This document shows positions 9,989-19,418 of a DNA stretch of 64,000 bases, piece by piece. The stretch is from the IMG/VR virus record IMGVR_UViG_3300045988_129927; one strand, 5' to 3'. The translations under genes and the position numbers were made by a program. The notes beneath the pieces were generated by a model. It worked only from the letters and a program-made list of their open reading frames with translations. It was not told the DNA's origin and searched no databases. This DNA is from a virus. The stretch's first letter is position 1, and the number at the start of each line of letters is the position of its first letter.

Positions 9989-9996
9989 AGTGTCTA

Positions 9997-10767
9997 TCAA
10001 TTAACATACTTTTTATCTTTTCCGTTATATAGTTTATCTTTAACGTATGTTTGCCAGTGTACAATTTCAAAATCAATGAATGTTTGATTATACAGTTTAT
10101 ATCCTGGATTATCTATACATTCTTCATCTGAAACTTCAGGTACGTTAAGATAGTTGTCTATAACTATATTGTGTTCTTCATTTTCTTCACATATCCATTG
10201 AACAGGTTCTTGTGGTAACATGTAGAAATACGTATTAGATGCTGTTGCTAACAATGATTTATCGTAAGCCAATGGTAAAGTAAGGAATACAAAGCCATAT
10301 CTTGTATTACGTTCCTCGTCTTTAACAACGATTACACGTCTACAAAAGTCTAAGACTTTTAATTCCTTACCATTACTGTACTCTTCAGATAGGTGATAGA
10401 AATTGGATTTAACAGAATGCATCCATCTAGCATACGTTATATTGACGTGTTCTGTTTTCCAATTAATGGTTTCACCACCTGATAATTTGTTTAACAATGT
10501 ATCTATTGTTTGTTTTTCAAATGAAAACAACGTGCGTGAATAAGCTATAGACATCATTCCTAATGGGAAGTAATACTTAGTAATATTAAGCTTACCTTCA
10601 TTTTCGTAGTCTATCACTCGAACATCTTTTCCTCTTTTGGTAAAAGCTTCAAGTGATTCGACCATTACGTTTTCAATATCGATAAGATGTCTATCTAGTT
10701 TGATGACTTCTTCTACTTCTTGGTTTTCACTAGATGTAAAAGTATATTTCTCCGTTTTATTCATCAT
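9997..10767 (-). CDS. hypothetical protein
   Basis: The ORF track starts at GTG 10773. The ATG at 10767 sits downstream of TAAGGTG and is the more likely start. Confidence 0.7.
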   Translation of the reverse strand: MMNKTEKYTFTSSENQEVEEVIKLDRHLIDIENVMVESLEAFTKRGKDVRVIDYENEGKLNITKYYFPLGMMSIAYSRTLFSFEKQTIDTLLNKLSGGETINWKTEHVNITYARWMHSVKSNFYHLSEEYSNGKELKVLDFCRRVIVVKDEERNTRYGFVFLTLPLAYDKSLLATASNTYFYMLPQEPVQWICEENEEHNIVIDNYLNVPEVSDEECIDNPGYKLYNQTFIDFEIVHWQTYVKDKLYNGKDKKYVN

Positions 10768-10774
10768 AAGCACC

Positions 10775-11482
10775 TTATAGGATGTATTCTGAAATTGAAG
10801 AAATCGATACCTTATTTAACAATCGTTTCATTTTATTACCTAAGCGTTTACCACATTTGCTGGTAATAAACTCAATTGATTCTTTGGTAAGATAACAATT
10901 ACTAAAACAATGATTGATTGCTTCTTTAAATGCTAGGTTTACCTCACGTTGTCCCAATGGTGAATCCAAGCCCTCAGCTACGCAGTAAACACTGATAGAG
11001 GAAATAATAATCAAGAGATTTTCTTCATCTTCATTCAGTGGTTTCTTACGTGCGTTAAGATTATTAATCTCACGGTCAAGGGTTTCATTCAAAAGACCTT
11101 GGAAGATATCCAGAATCTTAGAGTCTTGCCAAGAAGAGGAACTGGATTCTTCTTTCAAGAAAATACGGATAATAAACAAAGTAGAAACTACCCAGTCTTT
11201 GGTAGTTACTTTGATTTTATCATCGCTAATTAATTCTGAGTAATCTGTATCTAACAAAAAAGTAGGAAGATATTCCTTATTTTTGTATTCTTCTACAAAT
11301 TTACTGAATCGATTGGACAACTCGTCTAATCGGTTATGGTATAATACGTAAAATGATGTATTCATCACTTTAATAATATCGGTGATGACACTATTTTCAA
11401 TGTAAATATCTCGATAAAGTGTATCACTGGTTTTAGCAATGTACTCTTTAAACAAAGACATTAACTCTTGCTGCTTATTCAT
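10775..11482 (-). CDS. hypothetical protein
   Basis: 235-aa ORF with the consensus TATAAAAGGAAACTAAC-ATG. Confidence 0.75.
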   Translation of the reverse strand: MNKQQELMSLFKEYIAKTSDTLYRDIYIENSVITDIIKVMNTSFYVLYHNRLDELSNRFSKFVEEYKNKEYLPTFLLDTDYSELISDDKIKVTTKDWVVSTLFIIRIFLKEESSSSSWQDSKILDIFQGLLNETLDREINNLNARKKPLNEDEENLLIIISSISVYCVAEGLDSPLGQREVNLAFKEAINHCFSNCYLTKESIEFITSKCGKRLGNKMKRLLNKVSISSISEYIL

Positions 11483-11500
11483 GTTAGTTTCCTTTTATAA

Positions 11501-11526
11501 AAAAGAGAGGATCGCTCCTCTCTTTT
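11501..11526 (-). terminator. hairpin after 11529..12347
   Basis: AAAAGAGAGGA-TCGC-TCCTCTCTTTT, an 11-bp stem lying 2 nt beyond the stop codon. Confidence 0.6.
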
Positions 11527-11528
11527 AA

Positions 11529-12347
11529 TTAAGACTTAGATTCTTCCAACTCTTCAATAGCTTTAAGAAGAGAAGTAAGTTTATCTTTAATCTTTTCTAA
11601 GTTAGTTACTTTAGCTTCAGCTTTAGTCAGTTTAACAGATTGAGTATCAAACTGGTTTTTGGTTTGAGTGAGAAGGAAATTTAATTTAACATTTTCTTCT
11701 TGCAACTCATTCACTTTGTCATTGACATCGGTTTTTGATTTGTAAATTGGATTTACAATTTCAGCTTCTGGGAGTACAGAACTGATGTTAACACCAATTA
11801 CGCTACAAACAGCGTATGCGATATCAAGTACAACAACTGCATCGTTACCACCTTCTGCTTTCTTGTTCATTTTTAATACATTGAACAAGTAGTGTGGAAG
11901 AACACCCATTTCACGTGCAACTTTAGCGATTGTATAACCTTTATCGTAAATCAAATTACGCAGGTTAATGCGAAGCTCATTGTTGTATTTACGGAACTTA
12001 GAAGTATCCGTTTTGAATGAACGTGGTTTACGTTGCTTTTTAGGTTTAGCTTCTACTGGTTTTGCTTTCACTTCTGTTTTAACAGGTGCTTTTACAGGAG
12101 TTTTAGCTACTGCTTTACTAACTGTTTTAGCAGTAGCCTTAACAGTAGGAGTACTTGCAGGTTTTGTAGCTGGTTTTACTGCTTTTGGTTTAGCAGTACG
12201 TGGTGTACGTGTAGTTTTAGCTGGAGTTTTAACAGCAGGCTTAGTAGTTACTTTAGCTGTTGTTTTAGGGGTAGTTTTAGGTTTAGCTACAGGTTCTTTT
12301 TTGCCTTTAGTTACTGCAGCTACAGTAGATTTAGTGAGTTTAGCCAT
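11529..12347 (-). CDS. histone-H1-like Lys/Ala/Pro/Thr-rich DNA-binding protein with HTH and coiled coil
   Basis: Start reassigned to the ATG at 12347 (TATATAAAGGAAACTTTAAA-ATG). The N-terminal ~110 aa consists of KPK/TAK/PAK repeats. This is followed by the HTH-like YTIAKVAREMGVLPHYLFNVLK and then a C-terminal heptad region. The gene is G+C-rich, which gives two long antisense ORFs. Confidence 0.65.
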   Translation of the reverse strand: MAKLTKSTVAAVTKGKKEPVAKPKTTPKTTAKVTTKPAVKTPAKTTRTPRTAKPKAVKPATKPASTPTVKATAKTVSKAVAKTPVKAPVKTEVKAKPVEAKPKKQRKPRSFKTDTSKFRKYNNELRINLRNLIYDKGYTIAKVAREMGVLPHYLFNVLKMNKKAEGGNDAVVVLDIAYAVCSVIGVNISSVLPEAEIVNPIYKSKTDVNDKVNELQEENVKLNFLLTQTKNQFDTQSVKLTKAEAKVTNLEKIKDKLTSLLKAIEELEESKS

Positions 12348-12394
12348 TTTAAAGTTTCCTTTATATAAGAATGCAAACATTTTAATTAAAAAAT

Positions 12395-12426
12395 ATTCTA
12401 GGTAGGGTTTGCTTCCTACCTAGAAT
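12395..12426 (-). terminator. hairpin after 12447..12944
   Basis: ATTCTAGGTAGG-N8-CCTACCTAGAAT, a perfect 12-bp stem. Confidence 0.6.
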
Positions 12427-12446
12427 ACAAGACAGATAAGTAATGA

Positions 12447-12944
12447 TTACTTACCCAGTTTCTCTTCACCTTGGGCATACAGATGATCGCGAACTGCTGC
12501 CAGGTTAGCAGAAGAACGAGCTTTTACAGAACCTACTTCCAGCTTGGTATCAAGACGACCATGTTTGGTAACAGGTTCAGCTTTCTCACCATTACGTGGA
12601 ATAGGTGTGATTTCATAATCACGTGACACAGTGTGTTTCACTTTCACTTGCTTGGTCACACCGAATTCAGCAGTCAGGGCATCCAGAGATTTATCTTTCT
12701 TCATCTCTTTGATACCAGCTTCACCGGTAGCCAAGCCAGTACCTGCAGTAAACAGGCTCAAGGCGGTGAAGGTATTCTTGATTTGTTTTTCATCCAAACC
12801 AAGTTTTTCTTCTTCATTGATTACTGCCAGTGCACTTTCCATTGCATTGCCAGTGGTTTTCAATGTGCGAGTCTCTGCGTCGAATGAGAGGTGTTTTTCC
12901 GCTACTACGTCAGCGATTTTCTTTACAGTTTCATTAATAGCCAT
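12447..12944 (-). CDS. hypothetical protein, probably highly expressed
   Basis: 165 aa with the consensus AAAAAGGAAACCTTAAA-ATG. Codon usage is G+C-richer than the flanks. Driven by the 26-nt box that recurs identically at 15167. Confidence 0.75.
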   Translation of the reverse strand: MAINETVKKIADVVAEKHLSFDAETRTLKTTGNAMESALAVINEEEKLGLDEKQIKNTFTALSLFTAGTGLATGEAGIKEMKKDKSLDALTAEFGVTKQVKVKHTVSRDYEITPIPRNGEKAEPVTKHGRLDTKLEVGSVKARSSANLAAVRDHLYAQGEEKLGK

Positions 12945-12984
12945 TTTAAGGTTTCCTTTTTAAAGATTAAGTTTAAATAAAATA

Positions 12985-13042
12985 CTGAAGGAAACAGGAT
13001 TAGTCCCCTTCAGTAAAATAGTATAGGTTTGAAAATATTTTA
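12985..13042 (-). promoter_or_regulatory. promoter-like box plus 5' leader hairpin
   Basis: On the minus strand, TAAAATATTTTCAAACCTATACTATT (13042-13017) is followed by the hairpin CTGAAGG-N15-CCTTCAG (13013-12985) and then the RBS. The 26-nt box is identical to 15167-15192. Confidence 0.45.
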
Positions 13043-13058
13043 TCTACTGCTTGATGGT

Positions 13059-14903
13059 TTAAGAAATATACTTAATAAAGTTTTTCTCACCATTTTGGTC
13101 AAAAGCGTAGTCTAAATAGTTGTGATTGTACTCCATATAGAGTTTACCATTGACTTCTACCACATTACTAAAGCTAATCACATCTTCTACAATGCAATAG
13201 TGTAATGGGTTTTTAGTAGCATCAACAAATGCTTGCGCTTCTTCTTCTGTTTTGAATGCAATCACATAGAGTGAATCAAAACTCTGCGTAGCATTAAGGT
13301 CACGAATCACATTACTGTTATCAATACCATATTTTACAGCAGTTACTGGGTTAATAGTATAAACACAATAAAGACTAGTATCACGTTGGGTATCAGAAGG
13401 TTCAGTGTTATGTAATTCTACCGCTGGTACACTTTCCAAATAGAGGTCAGTTAAGATACTACCACCAAAACCTACGTACTCTTCGTGTAGTGAATCATGG
13501 AAGCGATACATTAAGTCTTCTCTGATGTCAGTTAACTTAGTACCTGGTTTCAATACTGGCAACATACGAATCAAATCAATGATTTTATCACTGTTTTGTT
13601 CTACCAGATTTTCAATCAGACAATGACAATGGATTGGTTCAAGAATACCTGATACCATATCGTGTGTCATGCTGATATGTGGGACGAATTCTTTAACATA
13701 TGGTTGGATAATATAGAATACATTACCACCACCTACTGGGTTAAGAATTTCAGATTTAACCAAACCTTTTTCTTTTGGAAGCATTTTATAGACATGCTCT
13801 GTAACTCTACTAAATGCATCTGCAAAGTTACCTGGATTCATCTTGACAATATCATTACCTTCTGTATCAGTTACTTCAACGACAAATACATCGTAGTCGG
13901 TATGGGTGTCATGTTTGACAGTGGATTTAAGAGATAGTTTCTTAGCGACTTTGGCAGTCACATTACCTTCTGTAAATAAAACATCTTCTAAATCTTCACC
14001 TTCTAGATTTTCCATACCTACAGTGATGTAATTATCACCATTTGGGAAATGACGCAAACTATCTGCTTCAACAGAGAAGATTTTAATTTCGTCGTTATAC
14101 CAATAATTAGATTCCAATGTATCGATGTCTACTGGTACAATTGCCCAATCTGGTTGAATCACTTCACCAGAAGCATTAACTTTTTCCATTAATTTCTGGA
14201 GATATTTGATAATACCAAAAGCATAATTGATGTCAGTATACAAAGACACCATACCAGTATATTCAACCAAACTGATATCTTTTGCTTTACGCGTTGGATA
14301 GAAATCATAATCGCCTTTCATGAGTACGTAATCTGTTAAATCGTATTTAATAGGTTCCCATTCAGCTTTGTCATTGGTTAAGAAAATAGCATAAGCCAAT
14401 GGGTGAGCAGACTTATAATCTACTGGACGGTCATACGTTTTTTGGTCACGGAAGAGCGCTACTGGACGCAATGTTTTCGCATCAGCCAAATAATAGCTAC
14501 TACGATCTTCTGAAAGCAAAGTAGTATAACCATTATCACTTACTACTTTGAATACTTTCTTCAAAATAGCATCGATAAACACATTTGGTTGATAGAGAGC
14601 ATAAAGTTCTTTATACTTGTCTTTCAACTCTGTGTCTTTAGGATTAGCAATAGCCGCATTAATGGCACTGAAGATTGTAGAAATATCTACTTTAGCCACA
14701 TCTTTATTTGTTTCTGCCAAATGACGGATGTTCTCTTCGTAGGTTTTATTAACACCAGAACTATTAACGATATCAGTAGTAATGGTTTCTACGATTTCAT
14801 TAAAGAGTTTTTCATGAACTGGATTAGGAGTTACTTTGGGTTGCTTTTGTTTATTTCCGTATTGCTCGATTTGTTTCATTTTAGATGGGTTAATTTGTTT
14901 CAT
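13059..14903 (-). CDS. hypothetical 614-aa protein
   Basis: Long ORF with the consensus AATAAAGGAAATCAAA-ATG. No motif recognised. Confidence 0.8.
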   Translation of the reverse strand: MKQINPSKMKQIEQYGNKQKQPKVTPNPVHEKLFNEIVETITTDIVNSSGVNKTYEENIRHLAETNKDVAKVDISTIFSAINAAIANPKDTELKDKYKELYALYQPNVFIDAILKKVFKVVSDNGYTTLLSEDRSSYYLADAKTLRPVALFRDQKTYDRPVDYKSAHPLAYAIFLTNDKAEWEPIKYDLTDYVLMKGDYDFYPTRKAKDISLVEYTGMVSLYTDINYAFGIIKYLQKLMEKVNASGEVIQPDWAIVPVDIDTLESNYWYNDEIKIFSVEADSLRHFPNGDNYITVGMENLEGEDLEDVLFTEGNVTAKVAKKLSLKSTVKHDTHTDYDVFVVEVTDTEGNDIVKMNPGNFADAFSRVTEHVYKMLPKEKGLVKSEILNPVGGGNVFYIIQPYVKEFVPHISMTHDMVSGILEPIHCHCLIENLVEQNSDKIIDLIRMLPVLKPGTKLTDIREDLMYRFHDSLHEEYVGFGGSILTDLYLESVPAVELHNTEPSDTQRDTSLYCVYTINPVTAVKYGIDNSNVIRDLNATQSFDSLYVIAFKTEEEAQAFVDATKNPLHYCIVEDVISFSNVVEVNGKLYMEYNHNYLDYAFDQNGEKNFIKYIS

Positions 14904-14937
14904 TTTGATTTCCTTTATTTAAAAAATAAGATTAAGA

Positions 14938-14964
14938 TTACCCTATGGTTTTTCCATAGGGTAA
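14938..14964 (-). terminator. hairpin between small lipoprotein gene and 14903
   Basis: TTACCCTATGG-TTTTT-CCATAGGGTAA, an 11-bp stem. Confidence 0.5.
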
Positions 14965-14977
14965 TCAGATAGCTAAA

Positions 14978-15106
14978 TTACTTTTTGTTTTGTTCAAAGA
15001 ACTTTTTGTATTTCTCGTAATTTGTTGATACTTTATAAATACCAATACATGCGAGAAGTGAGAAAATAAATAATGCGATAACGATTGCAAAAATCAGTTT
15101 AATCAT
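14978..15106 (-). CDS. small putative lipoprotein (42 aa, not in ORF track)
   Basis: Sequence MIKLIFAIVIALFIFSLLAC|IGIYKVSTNYEKYKKFFEQNKK. It has a hydrophobic signal with an LLAC lipobox-like motif and the consensus TATAAAGGAAATTAAAA-ATG. Confidence 0.5.
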   Translation of the reverse strand: MIKLIFAIVIALFIFSLLACIGIYKVSTNYEKYKKFFEQNKK

Positions 15107-15143
15107 TTTTAATTTCCTTTATAAAAAGTTAATAAATAAGGTA

Positions 15144-15192
15144 GAAAGATTCGACTCTTTCATGTGAATAGTATAGGTTTGAAAATATTTTA
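15144..15192 (-). promoter_or_regulatory. promoter-like box plus leader hairpin
   Basis: AATAGTATAGGTTTGAAAATATTTTA (15167-15192, plus strand as written) is identical to 13017-13042. The hairpin GAAAG-N8-CTTTC lies at 15144-15161. Confidence 0.45.
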
Positions 15193-15252
15193 AAAAGTTA
15201 TGAATGACTAATTTATTTTACTATTTAATACATTTAACATAAAGGACAGAAA

Positions 15253-16503
15253 ATGGATAAACATGTAAAAGATGTATTTAATGATTTGTGCGGGGAATTG
15301 TCCTTCGATAACAAATTAGGTGATAAAATTATTCGTTACATGAATAGTTTTATTTCCAAGAATGTAGAACATGCTTCTTTCTTTGGTGGTAATTTAACAG
15401 GTGTTTATGTGGTTAAATTTACTAATTCAGACCGAAGTGTTTGGTTTGATGAAATTCTTAATATTAACGAAGAAGAACTCTTACCTAGACTCAATGAGAT
15501 TATTAATCCAGTTTACTACGTAGTAGCGGGTGATGCATTTAATCTGAGTTGTGTCTGGTTAAGCCATATGTTCTACAAATCTTCTAAAATCAATGAAAAG
15601 CGTAAAAATGAGATAATGTCGGCTATTTATAATGTCTTACAATTTCGTTTTATCACTTCTCGTCTACAGAGACACTGGCCTTATCCTTGCTCTAAAGAAG
15701 TTGCCGAAGCAACATTAGCTGCGATGAGTAATAAATACGCCATTAAACAAAAAGGCACTTGGATAAAAGTAGTACAAGACAGAAGTGACGATATTATTGA
15801 CATGAAACACTCTATTCATCGACTAACGATTCAACGAATGGAACACGATATTCGTAATACGGGTGAATCAGTAGGTTATTTGTTAACAGATACACAAGGT
15901 CGGAATAAGGCATTACTTAAAAACATTTACGGTTTACAAAAACAAGTCCAAGAGTCTGGGATGAGGGTGAACAGTACTTCTTCTACATTTATCGAGATGG
16001 ATGGTGAAGCTGTTCTTAAGGATAAGGCAAATGCTTTGGAAACTTATCGTAATTACCTAGCTGGTGTTATACCTGATAAACCGAGTTTTATTAAACTGGA
16101 TTTGATTTCTATTATTGAAAGTTCTAATAAGACAATGCCTGTTTCTATGTTCAGAAGTACACTAAGTTGGATTAGTGATTCGTATGGTAAAGGTGATAAA
16201 GGTAAATTAGAGATTGATGAAGTGGTTAATAAAATCATGACACATCTATTAACTTACTTAAACCAAAATAGAAATGCGATGAAAAATAAATCTGACATTA
16301 GTGGTTTAATCAGTAAAATGAAAGGTGTTTATACATCTTCTCGTAGTACTGATGAGTTGTTATTATCCATCCGTGATGATGTGGAAGATATCGTTAAGAA
16401 AGCGACTAAGATTAAATCTGGTCCATCAATAGCAGCCACACGCACAGGGGTAATGTTATATATAGTACTGAGAGCCTTTACAATGCGTTATTATTCCAGC
16501 TAA
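15253..16503 (+). CDS. hypothetical protein
   Basis: 416-aa ORF with an AAAGGA RBS. First gene of a plus-strand block. Confidence 0.8.
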   Translation: MDKHVKDVFNDLCGELSFDNKLGDKIIRYMNSFISKNVEHASFFGGNLTGVYVVKFTNSDRSVWFDEILNINEEELLPRLNEIINPVYYVVAGDAFNLSCVWLSHMFYKSSKINEKRKNEIMSAIYNVLQFRFITSRLQRHWPYPCSKEVAEATLAAMSNKYAIKQKGTWIKVVQDRSDDIIDMKHSIHRLTIQRMEHDIRNTGESVGYLLTDTQGRNKALLKNIYGLQKQVQESGMRVNSTSSTFIEMDGEAVLKDKANALETYRNYLAGVIPDKPSFIKLDLISIIESSNKTMPVSMFRSTLSWISDSYGKGDKGKLEIDEVVNKIMTHLLTYLNQNRNAMKNKSDISGLISKMKGVYTSSRSTDELLLSIRDDVEDIVKKATKIKSGPSIAATRTGVMLYIVLRAFTMRYYSS

Positions 16504-16527
16504 GGGAACACATTCGAAAGGCGAATT

Positions 16528-16917
16528 ATGTGTCTAATAGAAAAACTACTCTCAAAAAGTTTTAGTATAATGGATTACTTCTCTGGTAATAAAATATACT
16601 CAGAGGTAGATGAGCCTAATTGTGAAACCAATGTAAGAATTATTAATTACGAAGGTTTTCCTTTAGAGATTCATGTTACTAAGAAACATTTTGTATTAGA
16701 GAGAACTGGTTGGTGGTTCTTTAAAAAGAAACATCTTATTCTTTATAGAGTTGATTGTGTTAAATCTTGGGATTTACCTATTACTTCTACTGTCTTAAAA
16801 CAACCTGTCTATATACCTCGTTTGTTATCAAGACTATTAGGTGAAGAAAAACAAATTAATGCGGTAATTTCAGCTTATTTAGATATTCAAATAACCAGAA
16901 TCAAAAACAATAAATAA
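16528..16917 (+). CDS. hypothetical protein
   Basis: 129-aa ORF with GAAAGG upstream. Confidence 0.65.
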   Translation: MCLIEKLLSKSFSIMDYFSGNKIYSEVDEPNCETNVRIINYEGFPLEIHVTKKHFVLERTGWWFFKKKHLILYRVDCVKSWDLPITSTVLKQPVYIPRLLSRLLGEEKQINAVISAYLDIQITRIKNNK

Positions 16918-16926
16918 AAAAAAAAT

Positions 16927-16964
16927 AATAATACTATCGGGGTCAACACCTCGATAGTATTATT
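16927..16964 (+). terminator. hairpin terminator
   Basis: AATAATACTATCG-N12-CGATAGTATTATT, a 13-bp stem followed by a T-rich run. Confidence 0.6.
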
Positions 16965-17036
16965 CCTATTTTATACGTAAATACGACGATTTGGTTATAT
17001 TTTTGAAATGTGCTTTTATACTTAAAGGATAATATC

Positions 17037-19373
17037 ATGATATTATTTTTACAAGACTGGATTAAATATCCTAATGCTATTGTCCATACTTCGACTAAAA
17101 ACCAGTCGTTTATTGATTTAGCAAACATTTATAAAAAGATGGGGATTAAGAACTACTACTTCCATTTACAATTACACGATAGACGTTTAGAGTTTGTAGA
17201 CCCTTACGACCCTAATTTAACACAAGAACAAAAGATTTGGATTGCTGCTGAATGTGCGATTAATCCATTTTATTATTTTAGAGAAATTGCGCCTACTCCT
17301 GAGGGTAATCTTAAAAATAGATTTAGGGCTAATAGGGCGAATATCTCTTTATTTTGGTCATTCTTTAATAACTGCCAATATCTATTAATTCAACCACGTC
17401 AGACTGGTAAGTCTTATTCGACAGACGTACTCATGACTTATCTTCTAAACTTCAGTACTGGTTTACGTATGTTACTGTATACAAAAGATAGACCTCTGGC
17501 TGTTAAGAACGTGATTCGTTTACGTAAGCTATTTGAGCGTATGCCTAAATGGTTAAATCGAATGACTAAAAAAGACAGTAATAACCAAGAAACCATTACT
17601 GTATTAGATAGACGTAATTACTACAATACTATTGTGGCACAAGACTCTGTAGAAGATGCGGATAAAAAAGGTCGTGGTGATACTGTAGAAATTCGACATT
17701 GTGACGAGATTGCGTATTGTAAGAATAACTTTATTACCATTCCTACCATGGGTTCTGCGATGAACGCGGCAAAAGATGATGCGATGCGCGAAGGTAAGTT
17801 TACTGGTTCTATCTTTACTACAACTGCTGGTAAGAAGGACTCACCTGAAGGTAAATGGGCATATGAACTATTCATGGAATCTGCACAATGGGATGAAAAA
17901 TATCTTGATTGTAAAGATGTGGTTGAATTTGAGAAAATGGTTCGTAAAGACTCTAACCCACAATCTGAAATTGCTAAGATTACAGGTACGTTCAGTATCC
18001 AAGGAACATTCTCTCATCGTCAAATGGGTTATACGGATGAATGGTTGATTAATAAGATTGTAGAGAACAGGGTTTCTCCTGAAGCAGCTCTTCGAGATTA
18101 TTATAACGTTTGGACTTCTGGTAACGAAGTTTCTCCATTTACCACAAAACAATTACAAATGATGACCAACAGTAAGATGGAACCTGTATATCGTGATATT
18201 GGTACCAATGGCTTAACTGTTAAATGGTATTATAGTCAAGATGAAATTAGCCATATGATGAATACTGTTCCTGTTATTGTAGGTATGGATAGTAGTTCTA
18301 ATGTAGGTAGAGACTCTACGACATTGACTTTCGTTAATGCGATTAATCTTGAAATTATTGGATGTGCTGATTGTAATAATGTTAACTTATATAATTACGC
18401 TCAATGGTTAGCTGACTTAATGATACGTTATCCTAAGATACTTATTGTTCCAGAGAATAAGTCTTCAGCACAAGGTATTATCGATTACTTAATCGAGGTG
18501 TTACCTAGTTACAATATTGACCCATTTAAACGTGTGTTTAATATTGTGGTCAATGAACGTGATTCTAATCCACGTCGATTTGATACCATGGATTCACATC
18601 CTAGCCGTATGTCTATTGCTAACCAATACAGACCTTTATTTGGTTACATGACTACAGGTACAGGTCGTTATACTCGTAATAACTTGTATAATGAAACATT
18701 GTATCGTGCTGTCGATATTGTTGCAGATAAGATTAAAGATGCTAGATTGGTAGATGAACTATTAGGTCTTGTCGTAATGGATGGTCGCATTGACCACTTG
18801 AAAGGTAAACATGATGACCAAGTAATTAGTTGGTTATTGGCTTGTTGGTTTATCTTCAATGCTCGTAATGTATTCTATTACGATATCATCAAGCAAAGAT
18901 TCTTATCTGATGTAGTTGAAGCAGGTACTGCTGTAGACCCAGCTAAACTAGCATACAATCGTGAACAAGAAAATATTCGTAATAAGATTGAATCTCTTTA
19001 TAATGATTTAAATAACACTGATGATTATTTTGAATTTAGTAAGATTGAGAAATCTATTCGATTATTGGAACAACGATTAAATCCAGAAGAACGTAATAAG
19101 ATTATTGGTATGTCCGATATGATTAACGAATTGAAAGAAAACCGTAAGATTAACATGATGAAACAATCACCTGTTATTGTGGATAATATCTTAGGTAGTT
19201 TAGATTCTATTCGTACTGAAGCGATGTTAAGCAATAAAGCCAATTACTTTGGTAGAAATGATATGTTCGGATTTGGTAGTTATAATGGTAATATTAATAC
19301 TACTTATAATGCCAATGTTAACACTACGTATTCTTCTGATATCGATAGCTTAGATTATTGGAATTCTTTATAA
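17037..19373 (+). CDS. terL: terminase large subunit
   Basis: Walker A-like IQPRQTGKSY, Walker B-like VEIRHCDEIAY, and nuclease-domain acidic motifs VIVGMDSS and GKHDDQVISW. Start moved to the ATG at 17037 (TAAAGGATAATATC-ATG) from the track's GTG at 17010. Confidence 0.85.
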   Translation: MILFLQDWIKYPNAIVHTSTKNQSFIDLANIYKKMGIKNYYFHLQLHDRRLEFVDPYDPNLTQEQKIWIAAECAINPFYYFREIAPTPEGNLKNRFRANRANISLFWSFFNNCQYLLIQPRQTGKSYSTDVLMTYLLNFSTGLRMLLYTKDRPLAVKNVIRLRKLFERMPKWLNRMTKKDSNNQETITVLDRRNYYNTIVAQDSVEDADKKGRGDTVEIRHCDEIAYCKNNFITIPTMGSAMNAAKDDAMREGKFTGSIFTTTAGKKDSPEGKWAYELFMESAQWDEKYLDCKDVVEFEKMVRKDSNPQSEIAKITGTFSIQGTFSHRQMGYTDEWLINKIVENRVSPEAALRDYYNVWTSGNEVSPFTTKQLQMMTNSKMEPVYRDIGTNGLTVKWYYSQDEISHMMNTVPVIVGMDSSSNVGRDSTTLTFVNAINLEIIGCADCNNVNLYNYAQWLADLMIRYPKILIVPENKSSAQGIIDYLIEVLPSYNIDPFKRVFNIVVNERDSNPRRFDTMDSHPSRMSIANQYRPLFGYMTTGTGRYTRNNLYNETLYRAVDIVADKIKDARLVDELLGLVVMDGRIDHLKGKHDDQVISWLLACWFIFNARNVFYYDIIKQRFLSDVVEAGTAVDPAKLAYNREQENIRNKIESLYNDLNNTDDYFEFSKIEKSIRLLEQRLNPEERNKIIGMSDMINELKENRKINMMKQSPVIVDNILGSLDSIRTEAMLSNKANYFGRNDMFGFGSYNGNINTTYNANVNTTYSSDIDSLDYWNSL

Positions 19374-19390
19374 AACATAAAACCCTAGTC

Positions 19391-19418
19391 CCTCTAGTAC
19401 TCTTAGGAGTACTAGAGG
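19391..19418. terminator. hairpin in convergent gap; T-rich tail on the minus strand
   Basis: CCTCTAGTACTC-TTAG-GAGTACTAGAGG. On the minus strand it is followed by GACTAGGGTTTTATGTTTTATAAAG; on the plus strand by the non-T-rich CTATAGGCTTGG. Confidence 0.6.

Noticed and set aside
11968-12963. Long plus-strand ORFs 11968..12405, 12033..12368, 12631..12963 and 12633..12887. The same applies to 4034..4294, 8551..8928, 26072..26266, 26599..26859, 27991..28245, 28064..28615, 53164..54123, 53295..53531, 53756..54040 and 54268..54552.
   Set aside because: All lie antisense to, or out of frame within, locally G+C-richer genes that have clear motifs or RBSs. Their products are low-complexity (Cys/Phe/Ser/Leu-rich) and lack initiation signals. 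They are a composition artefact.
17010-17036. The GTG at 17010 as the terminase start. Similarly the track starts 8486, 10773, 12380, 27665 and 38400.
   Set aside because: In each case a downstream in-frame ATG carries the phage's standard AAGGA-type RBS at proper spacing, whereas the track start has none.
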